Assembly (NCBI GenBank): GCA_965222505.1
Contig: OZ244956.1
Coordinates: forward strand, 788,581 to 852,580
Length of the DNA stretch: 64,000 nucleotides
Direction of reading: 5' to 3'
Origin: Rhodothermales bacterium
GTDB taxonomy: Bacteria > Bacteroidota > Rhodothermia > Rhodothermales > DATKEJ01
Under the pieces are notes generated by a model. It was given only the letters and a program-made list of their open reading frames with translations. It made no database searches and had not been told where the DNA came from. A program made the translations under genes and the position numbers. Below are positions 38,731 to 48,464 of the stretch, one piece after another (position 1 is the stretch's first letter; each line of letters begins with the position of its first letter).

Positions 38731-40281
38731 ATGTCAACCTTGACCTCGGCTGAATCCATCCTGGACCAACTTGGAATCCTCGATCAAAACCCTTGCATCT
38801 TCACCGGCACCAGAAGCGCTTATGCTACCGATGGGCCGTACCACGCCATTCACTCCCCCACCGACGGTAGTTTGCTCGGCCAGGTACAGTATGCCGGCCC
38901 TGCCGAATATGATGCTGTGATCAAACAGGCCAGCCAGGCCTTTGCCGAATGGCGGGAATGGCCCGCGCCCAAGCGTGGTGAAATCGTCCGGCAAATCGGC
39001 GATGCCCTTCGGCAATACAAACAACCCCTGGGCGAACTGGTCTCGCTGGAAATGGGAAAGATCCTACAGGAAGGACTCGGCGAAGTTCAGGAGATGATCG
39101 ATATTTGCGATTTTGCCGTTGGCCTCTCACGTCAGTTGTATGGCCTGTCGATGCATTCGGAGCGCCCCCGCCACCGGATGTACGAGCAGTGGCATCCGCT
39201 GGGCATCGTGGGCATCATCTCGGCCTTCAACTTCCCGGTGGCCGTGTGGTCCTGGAATGCGATGATTGCTGCGGTCTGTGGTGACGTCACCGTCTGGAAG
39301 CCCAGTGAAAAAACCCCGCTCACGGCCATCGCCTGCATGCACATCATCAAAGACGTCCTCAAACGTAACGAAGTACCGGAAGGCGTCTTCAACGTGGTCG
39401 TTGGAGACCGGGAAATCGGGCAGCGCATGGCCAGCGACCGCCGCGTCCCGCTCATTTCGGCGACGGGTTCGACCCGCATGGGACAGGCCGTTGGCCAGAC
39501 GGTAGCGCAACGCATGGGCCGATCCTTGCTGGAACTCGGCGGCAACAATGCCCTCATCGTCACGCGCCACGCCGACCTCAAACTGGCCCTCAGCGCCACC
39601 ATCTTTGGGGCCGTCGGCACGGCCGGGCAACGGTGTACCACCACGCGCCGTCTGATCATCGAAGACGACATCTTCGACGAGGTCAAGGAAAAACTCATCG
39701 GGGCCTATCAAACCGTCACCCAACGCATCGGCCATCCTCTTGATGCCGATACCTTGATTGGTCCGCTGATCGACAAGGATGCGGTAAACCAAATGCAGGC
39801 CACGTTGAAAGAAGTGCAGGCCGAAGGCGGCACCCTGCTCTTCGGCGGCGAGGTATTGGACACGTTTGAATCCGGCACGTATGTGGTCCCGGCCCTGGTG
39901 GAAGCCCGGAATGAGTTCAAATCGGTCCAGCGCGAGACCTTTGCCCCCATCCTCTACCTGATCAAATACTCCACGCTTCAGGAAGCCATCGACATCAACA
40001 ATGCCGTGCCGCAGGGCTTGTCTTCGGCGATCTTCACGGCCAACATGAAGGAGTCGGAATTTTTCCTGAGTCAGATTGGGTCCGATTGCGGCATTGCCAA
40101 CGTCAACATCGGCACCTCAGGCGCTGAGATTGGCGGGGCCTTCGGGGGCGAAAAGGAAACCGGCGGTGGCCGGGAATCCGGTTCGGATGCCTGGAAAGCC
40201 TACATGCGGCGGCAAACGAATACCCTGAATTGGTCTGACGATCTGCCGTTGGCCCAGGGGATTCAATTCGATTTCTTGTAG
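38731..40281 (+). CDS. ALDH7-family aldehyde dehydrogenase (piperideine-6-carboxylate / alpha-aminoadipic-semialdehyde dehydrogenase-like)
   Basis: 516 aa; ...ISAFNFPVAVWSWNAMIAAVCGDVTVWKPSEKTP..., catalytic ...LELGGNNALIV... and ...GTAGQRCTTTRRL... Confidence 0.75.
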   Translation: MSTLTSAESILDQLGILDQNPCIFTGTRSAYATDGPYHAIHSPTDGSLLGQVQYAGPAEYDAVIKQASQAFAEWREWPAPKRGEIVRQIGDALRQYKQPLGELVSLEMGKILQEGLGEVQEMIDICDFAVGLSRQLYGLSMHSERPRHRMYEQWHPLGIVGIISAFNFPVAVWSWNAMIAAVCGDVTVWKPSEKTPLTAIACMHIIKDVLKRNEVPEGVFNVVVGDREIGQRMASDRRVPLISATGSTRMGQAVGQTVAQRMGRSLLELGGNNALIVTRHADLKLALSATIFGAVGTAGQRCTTTRRLIIEDDIFDEVKEKLIGAYQTVTQRIGHPLDADTLIGPLIDKDAVNQMQATLKEVQAEGGTLLFGGEVLDTFESGTYVVPALVEARNEFKSVQRETFAPILYLIKYSTLQEAIDINNAVPQGLSSAIFTANMKESEFFLSQIGSDCGIANVNIGTSGAEIGGAFGGEKETGGGRESGSDAWKAYMRRQTNTLNWSDDLPLAQGIQFDFL

Positions 40282-40307
40282 GGACATGGCGTGCCATGTC
40301 CCTACAA
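40276..40307. terminator. Perfect palindrome ttgtagggacatggc-g-tgccatgtccctacaa between convergent ALDH and rlmD genes
   Basis: 15-bp arms read from sequence; no T-run, so it may act as a bidirectional hairpin or protein-binding site. Confidence 0.5.
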
Positions 40308-40316
40308 CGTCGTACG

Positions 40317-41717
40317 TTAATTCCGCAGGCGCAGTTTGATGACGTTTTCGACGTGATGGGTGTGCGGGAACAGGTCCACCGGCTGGACGGCCTCGATCTG
40401 GTAGACGTCGTTGAGCACGGCCAGGTCGCGGGCCTGGCTGTGGGGGTTGCAACTCACATACACGAACCGCTCTGGCCGGAGGTTGGCGATTTGTTTGACC
40501 ACCTTCAGGTGCATCCCGGCGCGGGGCGGGTCTACGATGAGTACATCCGGGCGACCATGCTTGCGTACAAAATCCGGTGTAAACATCCGCATCAAGTCAC
40601 CACTCGTGAAGGTGCAATTCGTGACCCCGTTGGCTTCCGCATTCTGCCGGGCATTGACGACGGCCGCTTCGATGAGTTCGACCCCCACGACCTGCTTCAC
40701 GTGACCTGACATAAACAATGAGATCGTCCCGGCCCCACAGTAGAGGTCGTAGAGCAGGTCGTCAGGTTGGGGGTCTGCGAAGTCACGGGTAATGCGATAC
40801 AGGTGCTCGGCTTGCCGGGTGTTGGTCTGAAAGAAGGCATTGGCAGCCATTTCGAAGGTATAGTCTCCAATCCGGTCATGCACCACGCCGGGTCCGAACA
40901 GGATGTGCTCGTCTTCCCCATAGGCCGTTTGTGCCGGGCCCGTGTTGATGGTATTGGCGAACGTGGTGATTTCAGGAATAACCTCCTGATAAAACTCGGC
41001 CAGGGGTTCGATGCGTTCCGGCACGTACCCATTCGTGACCAGGTTCACCATTAACTCGCCGGTGTGAACCGGCATACGCAGCACCATATGCCGCAAATAT
41101 CCTTCCTGTTGATGGACATGCCAGGGTTTCCAGCCCCGCGCCTTGGCAAATGTGCGGGTCTTATCCAGAATCCGCATACCGACCTCCGGCAGCAGGTGGC
41201 ACTCGTTCAGGTCCAGCACCTTGTCATACCGGCCCGGCACATGTAAACCGGCAGCGAAGCTTTTGTCCAGTGGAATCCCCGATGCGATTTCCCAATCGGC
41301 CAGCCACCGCAGGGCGCTGAAGGAAAACTCCATTTTGTTGCGGTATCCGTAGATGGGATCCGAAGCCAGTGGCAGCGGAACCTCCAACCCTTCGAATCCC
41401 CCCTGATAGCGCAGTGCTTCGGCTACGCTTTGCCGTTTGGCTTCAAGTTGGGCCTCATAGCTGACATGCTGCCACCTACAGCCGCCACAGGTCCCGAAGT
41501 ATTGACAGCGCGGATCGGTGCGAAGCGGGCTGGGCGTCAACAACTCAAGCAGGCGTGCCTCGGCATATTTTTTCTTGCGTTTGAAAACCCGCGCCTTCAC
41601 AACGTCGCCCGGTACGGCACCCGCTACAAAAACCACATAGCCGTTGATCCGGCTAAGCGACTTGCCTCGGTCTGCAAATTTTTCGATCTGAAACTCGATT
41701 TCCTGCCCTTTTTTCAC
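40317..41717 (-). CDS. rlmD: 23S rRNA (uracil-5-)-methyltransferase RlmD/RumA (TRAM domain plus Fe-S cluster plus SAM methyltransferase)
   Basis: 466 aa; TRAM N-terminus, ...CQYFGTCGGCRWQH... cluster, SAM-binding ...LYCGAGTISLF..., C-terminal ...SCNPHSQARDL... Confidence 0.85.
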   Translation of the reverse strand: MKKGQEIEFQIEKFADRGKSLSRINGYVVFVAGAVPGDVVKARVFKRKKKYAEARLLELLTPSPLRTDPRCQYFGTCGGCRWQHVSYEAQLEAKRQSVAEALRYQGGFEGLEVPLPLASDPIYGYRNKMEFSFSALRWLADWEIASGIPLDKSFAAGLHVPGRYDKVLDLNECHLLPEVGMRILDKTRTFAKARGWKPWHVHQQEGYLRHMVLRMPVHTGELMVNLVTNGYVPERIEPLAEFYQEVIPEITTFANTINTGPAQTAYGEDEHILFGPGVVHDRIGDYTFEMAANAFFQTNTRQAEHLYRITRDFADPQPDDLLYDLYCGAGTISLFMSGHVKQVVGVELIEAAVVNARQNAEANGVTNCTFTSGDLMRMFTPDFVRKHGRPDVLIVDPPRAGMHLKVVKQIANLRPERFVYVSCNPHSQARDLAVLNDVYQIEAVQPVDLFPHTHHVENVIKLRLRN

Positions 41718-42301
41718 GAGGTTGGGGGTTCATAGGTGTGATGGAGTGCCACAACTTTGCCTTCCTGTGCGACGATGGAGCGCCGCAAATTCTCATGTTG
41801 TGTGGTCAGATACCGGGCCAGGGCCAACCCTACCGCCATTCCGAGGCGTGGGTGCCGCTGCTCCAGCGTTTTGAGGTCGGGTCGGAAAAAACCCAGCAGA
41901 CGAGTCGGGACCAAAACCTGTGCCGTTTCGGTGCGGCGGAACTCACCGGCCAGGGAAGCGGCCCCAAAGACGCCGAAGCGTTCAACGTCATGTACTCGAT
42001 GCAGTTCACCATATTCATCTTCTGTCAGCAAAGCCACTTCGCCCTGCTGCACAATATAGAGGCCCAACCCCGGATCATGCTCATGGTAGATGTACTCGTC
42101 CGGTTTGTAATCCCGGTAGTGCATCACATGGGCCAGGTCTCGCAGATTGGCGGGGGTCATATCTGCAAAGAGCAGGGTATGCCGTAAGGTTTCAAGCGTA
42201 CCCTTCACCAATCCAGCCTCCTGTTTCTGAAACAGGTTCTTCAACGCAGGCGGTAACCAGTCGGTGAGTGAAGACATTTTTATTGGTGATTTGCTTCGCA
42301 C
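41714..42301 (-). CDS. Cyclic-nucleotide-binding domain protein
   Basis: 195 aa; cNMP-binding fold (...YIYHEHDPGLGLYIVQQGEVAL...FGAASLAGEFRRTETAQVLVPTRLL...). Confidence 0.6.
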   Translation of the reverse strand: MRSKSPIKMSSLTDWLPPALKNLFQKQEAGLVKGTLETLRHTLLFADMTPANLRDLAHVMHYRDYKPDEYIYHEHDPGLGLYIVQQGEVALLTEDEYGELHRVHDVERFGVFGAASLAGEFRRTETAQVLVPTRLLGFFRPDLKTLEQRHPRLGMAVGLALARYLTTQHENLRRSIVAQEGKVVALHHTYEPPTS

Positions 42302-42375
42302 AGTCGGCTTCGCCTCGTGTGGTAATTTGTGATTGATAATTTCTGATTGGGCGTTCTAAATCAAAAACCACCAAT

Positions 42376-44793
42376 TTAAAAGGCTTGGCCGATGCCGAAG
42401 TGTAATTTAGGACTAAATGCCCCTTCTGCAAAGAATCCTTCGGCGGGGTCCCGGATGCGGAAGGCCAGGTCCAACCGTACAATCAGGTATTGCCATGCAA
42501 TCCGCACCCCTACCCCACTGCCAATACCCAGTTCCTGGGCAAGGTCCTGCACCTGAAACACGCCCCGGTCATCCCCTGGATGGCGTGGACCATACCAGGT
42601 ATTTCCGGCGTCTGCGAAAAACGCCATGATCCAATCGGCCTTGAACACATTGCGCAAGATGGTGTTGCGAGATTCCATGCTGAGTTCCAGTTTCACATCT
42701 CCCCCCTGAATCAGGGATTCCCGATTGCCGGCTGGAATGCGCCCCGGTCCCAGGGTCCGCAGGTTCCATCCACGCACACTCGAAGCCCCTCCGCTATAGA
42801 ACCGTCGGTCGAAGGGTACCACCCGGGCCCGCCCCGTAGGATGCGCCCACCCGCCGATGGCCTTCCACGCAAACACCGTGCGCGAGGTGATTGGCTTGTA
42901 CCGCCGGAGGTCTACCAGAAAACGGATGTACTGCCGGTACACCAGCCGACGTACCCCAAAACCGGGCAAGGAGCCCTCTACAATATCGGGTGTAAAGACA
43001 TAGCGGTCCAGCCAATAGGGCAGGTTGCCTCCCACTTCAAAAGAAGCTTCCCGGATATGCCCCCGGTCCCGCCGAAACAGGTTGGTGTTCGTCGAGCGCA
43101 GGGCGTAGCGCAAGGCGTTGTTCACCTGGGGCCGACTGTAATCTTCCAGAATCCGTTCGCGTTCAACGACGTCCTGAATACCGGTCAGGAAGCGTTGCGA
43201 AAATCCACGAAGGGTATCCGGGTCACTGAGGTCAAAATCGAGCAAACTGACCAGCGAGGAAAGCGTTGGCGAGTGGCGCATTTCGAGCCCGGCCTGGAGT
43301 GAGCCTCGCCCCCGAATGGTCAGTAGCAGTGAGGCCCGGCGGGCCTGGAGCACACTAAGCGACAGGCGAGATCGGGCATCATACAAATTCAGCTTGCGGC
43401 CCAGGCTCCGAAACGGCCAGATCAGATAGGGAAACAAGACGGAGGTTTCGATCTCGGTTTGGGCCGTGTTGAACAACCCTCCTTCGAGGTCGGCGGCAAA
43501 AGATGTTGAGCCTCGAATCTGAAACCGTTCGCCGCTACCCAACAGGTTGGCGTTTTTGTAAGCCACCCCACCACCGAGGCCCAATTCACCGCTGCCGGTT
43601 TCATCCCCCAACACAGCGGTCCGTTGCAGCATAAAGCTCTCGAAGCGAACCTGATGCCGGGGCCGGGTACGCAGTTCGATGCGGTAGGGCACCCGTGGGG
43701 TGGTGGTATCCCGTGCGGCAACAGGCCACGCCGGGACGAAGTCGGTAAACGTAAACAGGCCGATGTTTTCCAGGCGTTGTTTGGTTTCGATCAATCGGGC
43801 CTGGTTGAACCATTGGCCGGGCCAGAACTGTAGCGCTGAAGCCAGAGCACGCGGCTTGAGCCGGCTTTCATTTTCAATGTTGGACAGGGCAAACCCGGTG
43901 GTGGCGGTACTTGTGGGCCGTAGCGTGTCTACCCGCGCTGGGGTTTCTTCAGGCCCTTGCACCGTAAAGCTGATGTCTCCAAACCGCATCCGCGGCCCTG
44001 TGCCGATGCGAAATACCACATCGAAAGAATCCGGGTGTGGGGTATGGACCCTGGCGCGAACGGAATCACGGGAAACCCGGGCATACCCTTCGTTGCGCAA
44101 GAACGTCAGGATGTGGCGGCGTTCTTCCAGCAGGCGGCTTTCCGAGTAGCGCTGGTTTTGTGCGGTGAACACGACTGGTGTGCGGTCTGTCCACGGCCCT
44201 GGATTCAAGGAAGAGGCTTGTAGCAACACCTCACGCTGTTCCGGCGTAAGGCTCTCCAGCCCTTCATACCGAATGGTGCGCAGGTACGTGGCCGGGCCTG
44301 CGGCTACGTCAAAGACCACCCGAACATGGGAAGCCGCATCGTTCAGGGTGTCAATGCGGGTGGTTACGACGGTCTGGCGGTACCCTTCGCTTTGATAATA
44401 TTGTTGCAGGCGCTCCTGATCATCTGCGACGACGGATAAATCCAGCAGGGCGGGAGGTTCGCCGCTCCCGATCAGTGCGCGCCGGAAGCGATCGCTAAAA
44501 CAGCAGCCGCCGTCTCCCATGTTATACAGCCACAACCAGAGACGTGCACCGGGGATGCCCAGAAAACGACGGTTGGGCCGGGTCCGCAGTTGCAGTTGAA
44601 TGACCTCAATGGGGAAGTGCAGATCACCCGTGAGCCGAACCTGGGTTACCAGCGGGGGTACTGCGGGGGATTGTGCACGTAGTGGGGCGGCTCCGGTCAA
44701 TAATACCAGAACCGTCCAGCACAGAAGGGTGTTGCGCAAGGATGAGACCTCTACCTTATGCCGCCTCCCACAGCACAAAGATACGTAACCGAG
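42376..44793 (-). CDS. Omp85-family outer-membrane protein (BamA/TamA-like: POTRA repeats plus C-terminal surface-antigen beta-barrel); the listed ORF start at 44946 is probably over-extended
   Basis: Signal peptide ...LLCWTVLVLLTGAAPLRAQS, POTRA-like segments, C-terminal barrel ending ...LHFGIGQAF. Confidence 0.7.
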   Translation of the reverse strand, partial: LGYVSLCCGRRHKVEVSSLRNTLLCWTVLVLLTGAAPLRAQSPAVPPLVTQVRLTGDLHFPIEVIQLQLRTRPNRRFLGIPGARLWLWLYNMGDGGCCFSDRFRRALIGSGEPPALLDLSVVADDQERLQQYYQSEGYRQTVVTTRIDTLNDAASHVRVVFDVAAGPATYLRTIRYEGLESLTPEQREVLLQASSLNPGPWTDRTPVVFTAQNQRYSESRLLEERRHILTFLRNEGYARVSRDSVRARVHTPHPDSFDVVFRIGTGPRMRFGDISFTVQGPEETPARVDTLRPTSTATTGFALSNIENESRLKPRALASALQFWPGQWFNQARLIETKQRLENIGLFTFTDFVPAWPVAARDTTTPRVPYRIELRTRPRHQVRFESFMLQRTAVLGDETGSGELGLGGGVAYKNANLLGSGERFQIRGSTSFAADLEGGLFNTAQTEIETSVLFPYLIWPFRSLGRKLNLYDARSRLSLSVLQARRASLLLTIRGRGSLQAGLEMRHSPTLSSLVSLLDFDLSDPDTLRGFSQRFLTGIQDVVERERILEDYSRPQVNNALRYALRSTNTNLFRRDRGHIREASFEVGGNLPYWLDRYVFTPDIVEGSLPGFGVRRLVYRQYIRFLVDLRRYKPITSRTVFAWKAIGGWAHPTGRARVVPFDRRFYSGGASSVRGWNLRTLGPGRIPAGNRESLIQGGDVKLELSMESRNTILRNVFKADWIMAFFADAGNTWYGPRHPGDDRGVFQVQDLAQELGIGSGVGVRIAWQYLIVRLDLAFRIRDPAEGFFAEGAFSPKLHFGIGQAF

Positions 44794-44845
44794 CATTTCA
44801 GATCGTGAGGGTACCCAAAGGTGTCCTTTCGGTGTGGGATACCCG

Positions 44846-45064
44846 CTACTCGTCTTCGAAGTAGAAGTCGTCGTTACGGGTCGGGAATTCCGGCCACATT
44901 TCCTCAATGCTCTCGTACGGTTCTCCGTCGTCTTCCATCTCCTCAAGGTTTTGAATCACCTCAATCGGCGCGCCGGTTCGGTCTGCATAATCGATCAACT
45001 CATCGGTTGTTGCAGGCCAGGGCGCGTCTTCCAGGTAAGACGCGAGTTCTAACGTCCAGTACAT
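44846..45064 (-). CDS. Small acidic DUF2795-like protein
   Basis: 72 aa, strongly acidic C-terminus; the family assignment is from memory only. Confidence 0.35.
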   Translation of the reverse strand: MYWTLELASYLEDAPWPATTDELIDYADRTGAPIEVIQNLEEMEDDGEPYESIEEMWPEFPTRNDDFYFEDE

Positions 45065-45210
45065 GCCAGCCTTTCGGTACCAGAATAGGTTTTGGGGGTA
45101 TCAGTAAGACCGGACGGCGATGTTGCCGTCACCGGGGGACTATAGCACCTCATGTGCATAAATGCAAGTCGAAACGGATACCGCATCAAAAAAACATGCG
45201 CGAATCATCC

Positions 45211-45242
45211 AAAAAAAAGCGGAAACACGAACCGTGTTTCCG
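45211..45242 (-). terminator. Intrinsic terminator downstream of the M23 peptidase gene
   Basis: + strand aaaaaaaa gcggaaacacg-aacc-gtgtttccgc; on the minus strand this is a hairpin followed by U8. Confidence 0.75.
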
Positions 45243-45270
45243 CTGAAATAGGGGTATGGAGCCCAACTGC

Positions 45271-46371
45271 TTAGTCGATCCAGTCGAATGAAGTCTCCAT
45301 TTTTTCGGACGCATCCCGAATCTTTTGGAACTCCTGCGGCTTCATGCTGAGCGCGAAGAAGTCGACCGGATTGAGGGTTTTATCTTTCAGGTCGCGCACT
45401 TCATAGTGCAGGTGTGGCCCTGTGGACCGGCCGGTGTTGCCACTCAGGGCGACGACATCGCCGCGCTTGACGCGTTGCCCGTGCTTGACATTAATCTTTG
45501 AAAGGTGCGCGTAGCGCGTCATATGGCCGGATTTCGGGTGCTTAATTTCGAGGGTCATGCCGTATCCGGCTTTGCGACCGGTGAAGGACACGATGCCATC
45601 TCCGGCGGCAAAAATGTCGGTACCGACATCGGCGGCAATATCCAGGCCGTGGTGCATCCGCTTGTTGCCGTAGATCGGGTGCGTCCGCATGCCAACGCCA
45701 CTGCCAATGCGCTTGCCGTTGATGGGCAGGATGGCCGGAATTTCTTTCAGACGATCCGCACGGGCCTTGGCCATCTCGATGAGTTCCTTGTAGCTGGAGG
45801 TCTGAATCGTCATCTGGCGTTCGAGATTGTCCAGCGACTCGGCTGAGCGGCGCAGCACCGTGCGCGTTTCCGGGCTAAACTGTTGAAATTCGCCGTAGGT
45901 GTCCGTCCCTCCTACACCGGCCTTCCGGACATCCTCCGAAATCGGGCTGGCCTGAAGGATGGTACGGTAGAGTTCCTGGTCTTGCTCAGAGAAAGAGGAG
46001 AGTTGCTCGCCGAACTTCATCATGCGCTCTTCAGTCAGAGACAACTGGGAGCGAAGGGCATCGTTTTCGGAGCGAAGGGCAATGGCTTCCGGAGAGCCAA
46101 CCACGGTCCGCAAGCTCCAGTACATGACCATGGCCAGAACCAGCGATATGCCAAAGATGAGACCAGCCTGCTTGTACCACTTACTGCGATCAGGCTCCAC
46201 TTCCACAAAGGTGCATTGATCCTGATCGTAGTAATAATACCGATTCTTCATAGTGCTGCGCGTGTGTATAGACAGTACAACTTTTGGCTCCGGCTGTGCA
46301 CCGAAGCCCTTTGAGAACCGATTTGAGCGATTACTACCGACGCCTCCTCGCATAGTGGCATCACTAAGCAA
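45271..46371 (-). CDS. M23/LytM-family metallopeptidase with an N-terminal TM and coiled-coil region
   Basis: 366 aa; ...HHGLDIAADVGTDIFAAGDGIV..., ...GNTGRSTGPHLHYEV... Confidence 0.85.
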   Translation of the reverse strand: MLSDATMRGGVGSNRSNRFSKGFGAQPEPKVVLSIHTRSTMKNRYYYYDQDQCTFVEVEPDRSKWYKQAGLIFGISLVLAMVMYWSLRTVVGSPEAIALRSENDALRSQLSLTEERMMKFGEQLSSFSEQDQELYRTILQASPISEDVRKAGVGGTDTYGEFQQFSPETRTVLRRSAESLDNLERQMTIQTSSYKELIEMAKARADRLKEIPAILPINGKRIGSGVGMRTHPIYGNKRMHHGLDIAADVGTDIFAAGDGIVSFTGRKAGYGMTLEIKHPKSGHMTRYAHLSKINVKHGQRVKRGDVVALSGNTGRSTGPHLHYEVRDLKDKTLNPVDFFALSMKPQEFQKIRDASEKMETSFDWID

Positions 46372-46603
46372 ATTCGAACCCTATCGAATGTTCTCTGGCA
46401 GTATTAGTTGGACAGTTGATGCTAACCATTCGGTGCCGGTCAGGTCAGGCCCTATCGTGGTGACAGCACGGAATAGCCGACATCAAGCGTCCAAAACAGT
46501 GTGGGAAACCGCTTTCTCGGCTACCCGGAATATAGTTTTCGTGTTGAATTAGTGCAAATCCATTATCGGATTCTCCACGAAAAACCTGACGAAAAGCAGG
46601 CCG

Positions 46604-47629
46604 CTACTCAAAGTCGTGTTCAAAATATTCAATGCCACGCTGTGGCGACTTGCGATTTCCGGCGCTTTTTTCCTGAATTCGCTTCTGTAACCGCTCAGTA
46701 AACACCTGGGATGCGTTATACCCGTAATGATCAAGCAAGTAGTTCATCGCGATGACTTCACAGATCACCGTGATGTTCTTCCCAGGTACGATGGGCAGCT
46801 TTACACGGGGCAGTTTTACATCCAGAATGGTGTGGGTTCCCTCGACCATCCCAAGGCGGGTATACTCTTCCTCCGGGTTCCAAAGCTGCAAGTCGATCAC
46901 CACCTCAATGCGTTTTTGAAAGCGGATGGCCCGAATGCCAAACATCGCCCGGATGTCTACCAGGCCCAGGCCCCGAACCTCCATAAAATGGGCAGCCAAT
47001 TCGGTGCCGGAACCAATGATGACGTTGGCACTCTTTCGGGAGGCCACCACGACATCGTCTGCGACCAGGCGATGCCCCCGTTCAACGAGGTCCAGGGCTA
47101 CTTCACTCTTGCCGATCCCGGCCTTGCCCTTGAGCAACATCCCCACGCCATATACATCCACCAACGAGGCGTGTACGACCTGTTGGGGTGCAAATTGGTC
47201 TTCCAGAAAATCCCGAAGGAAATAGGCAAATTCGGTCGAGGGCACCGGCGTACGATAGACGGGTACCTTGGCCGCTTCGGCCATGGCAACCAGGGCCGGA
47301 TCAAGTACGTTGTTTTCAGTCAGGAACAGGCAGGGGATGGCATGCCGAATGAGGTTCTCAAAGGCCTGCTTCCGTGCTTCCGGGTCGAGGTGACCCAGGT
47401 ATTGGTTTTCCGTGTTGCCCAGAATCTGCACCCGCTGATGGGTGAACAGGTCCACATAACCGGCCAATGCCAGGCCGGGCCGGTGCAGGTTGCTTTCCTT
47501 CACCAGCCGCACTTCGGCCTCACCAATACAAATAGGTTCGATGGGTACATGAACCGCACTGTCCAATTGGTCCACCATAAAGGCGACCGTGATGGATTCT
47601 TTCTTAAAGGCCTTGGCAGACGGCGGCAT
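46604..47629 (-). CDS. hprK: HPr kinase/phosphorylase
   Basis: 341 aa; Walker A ...LLKGKAGIGKSEVALDLVERGHRLVADD... Confidence 0.85.
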   Translation of the reverse strand: MPPSAKAFKKESITVAFMVDQLDSAVHVPIEPICIGEAEVRLVKESNLHRPGLALAGYVDLFTHQRVQILGNTENQYLGHLDPEARKQAFENLIRHAIPCLFLTENNVLDPALVAMAEAAKVPVYRTPVPSTEFAYFLRDFLEDQFAPQQVVHASLVDVYGVGMLLKGKAGIGKSEVALDLVERGHRLVADDVVVASRKSANVIIGSGTELAAHFMEVRGLGLVDIRAMFGIRAIRFQKRIEVVIDLQLWNPEEEYTRLGMVEGTHTILDVKLPRVKLPIVPGKNITVICEVIAMNYLLDHYGYNASQVFTERLQKRIQEKSAGNRKSPQRGIEYFEHDFE

Positions 47630-47632
47630 GGA

Positions 47633-47944
47633 TTACCCCTGGATTTCGGTGATTAACTGAATTTCACGCAAGACGCCCTGCACGCGAAAACATGCTTCAA
47701 ACTCGCCCTCATAGACGTTGGCCTTGCCACGGGTGTGTACCGTCCAGGCATGTTTTTCGGCCTGGGCCGTTGAGCAACCGATCGCTTTCACCAGTTGGAG
47801 GATCACTTCCTCAAAGGTATGAATCTCATCGTTGAAGAGGATGACCCGCCACGGCAGGGCCACTTTTTCCTCGTCTTCGACATCGACCAATACGTCCTGG
47901 TCCGGTTTGGCCGGGGTTTGTAAGCGCGGCCGGTCATCAGCCAT
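47633..47944 (-). CDS. clpS: ATP-dependent Clp protease adaptor ClpS
   Basis: ...[49 protein letters not shown]...; probable start MADDRP. Confidence 0.8.
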   Translation of the reverse strand: MADDRPRLQTPAKPDQDVLVDVEDEEKVALPWRVILFNDEIHTFEEVILQLVKAIGCSTAQAEKHAWTVHTRGKANVYEGEFEACFRVQGVLREIQLITEIQG

Positions 47945-47983
47945 ACCATATGGATGCGAAGCGGTCCACATAGAAGTATTCAC

Positions 47984-48235
47984 TCAGGCCACCGATTCCA
48001 ATGCGATGGCATAGTCTTCCATGACCGGGTTGGCCAACAGCTTTGCACAGGCCTGCTCGGCAACCTGTTGAGCGGCTTCGCGGCTATCAGCCTCAATCCA
48101 GAGTTCGGCATATTTGCCCATCCGAACCCGTTCCACAGCTCCCATACCCAGGGCATCGAGGGCATGGTGTGTAGCCTTGCCCTGCGGATCCAGAATCGAG
48201 GGCCGCAGGGTAATACAAATGTTCGCTTTGTACAC
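47984..48235 (-). CDS. purS: Phosphoribosylformylglycinamidine synthase subunit PurS; the listed 146-aa ORF is N-terminally over-extended, probable GTG start (VYKANICITLRPSILDPQG...)
   Basis: The C-terminal 83 aa match the PurS fold (...ITLRPSILDPQGKATHHALDALGMGAVERVRMGKYAELWIEAD...). Confidence 0.7.
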   Translation of the reverse strand: MYKANICITLRPSILDPQGKATHHALDALGMGAVERVRMGKYAELWIEADSREAAQQVAEQACAKLLANPVMEDYAIALESVA

Positions 48236-48289
48236 GTTGTATTTGGTGTTTGTTGGTGTGATGATTAAAAATGGGGTGCTGGTATTTAT

Positions 48290-48440
48290 GCAGAGCGTAT
48301 TGCGTGAACTTAGTCCATTATGTTTTACCAAAACAAGTCCCTTTCTGCATTTCCCGAGTATTCGGCTACTGTATCCCGGGCCGAAATTACGCAATACGTT
48401 TCCCGCACAAAAGGGGTCTGACACACACTTGAGTTATTAT
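48290..48440 (-). repeat. Structured intergenic repeat element, copy D (pssA stop to purS start)
   Basis: + strand arms gcgtattgcgtgaact (48295) / aattacgcaatacg (48386). 5' flank aaaaatggggtgc shared with copy C; 3' flank ggtctgacacacacttgagtta shared with the ppk-downstream site near 33280-33300. Confidence 0.55.
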
Positions 48441-48464
48441 AGAAATCAGAGGCTACGTCTCTCC

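Noticed and set aside
48236-48424. N-terminal part of the 146-aa ORF containing PurS
   Set aside because: Only the C-terminal 83 aa match PurS. The upstream part is low-GC repeat-element sequence (copy D) and is not coding.
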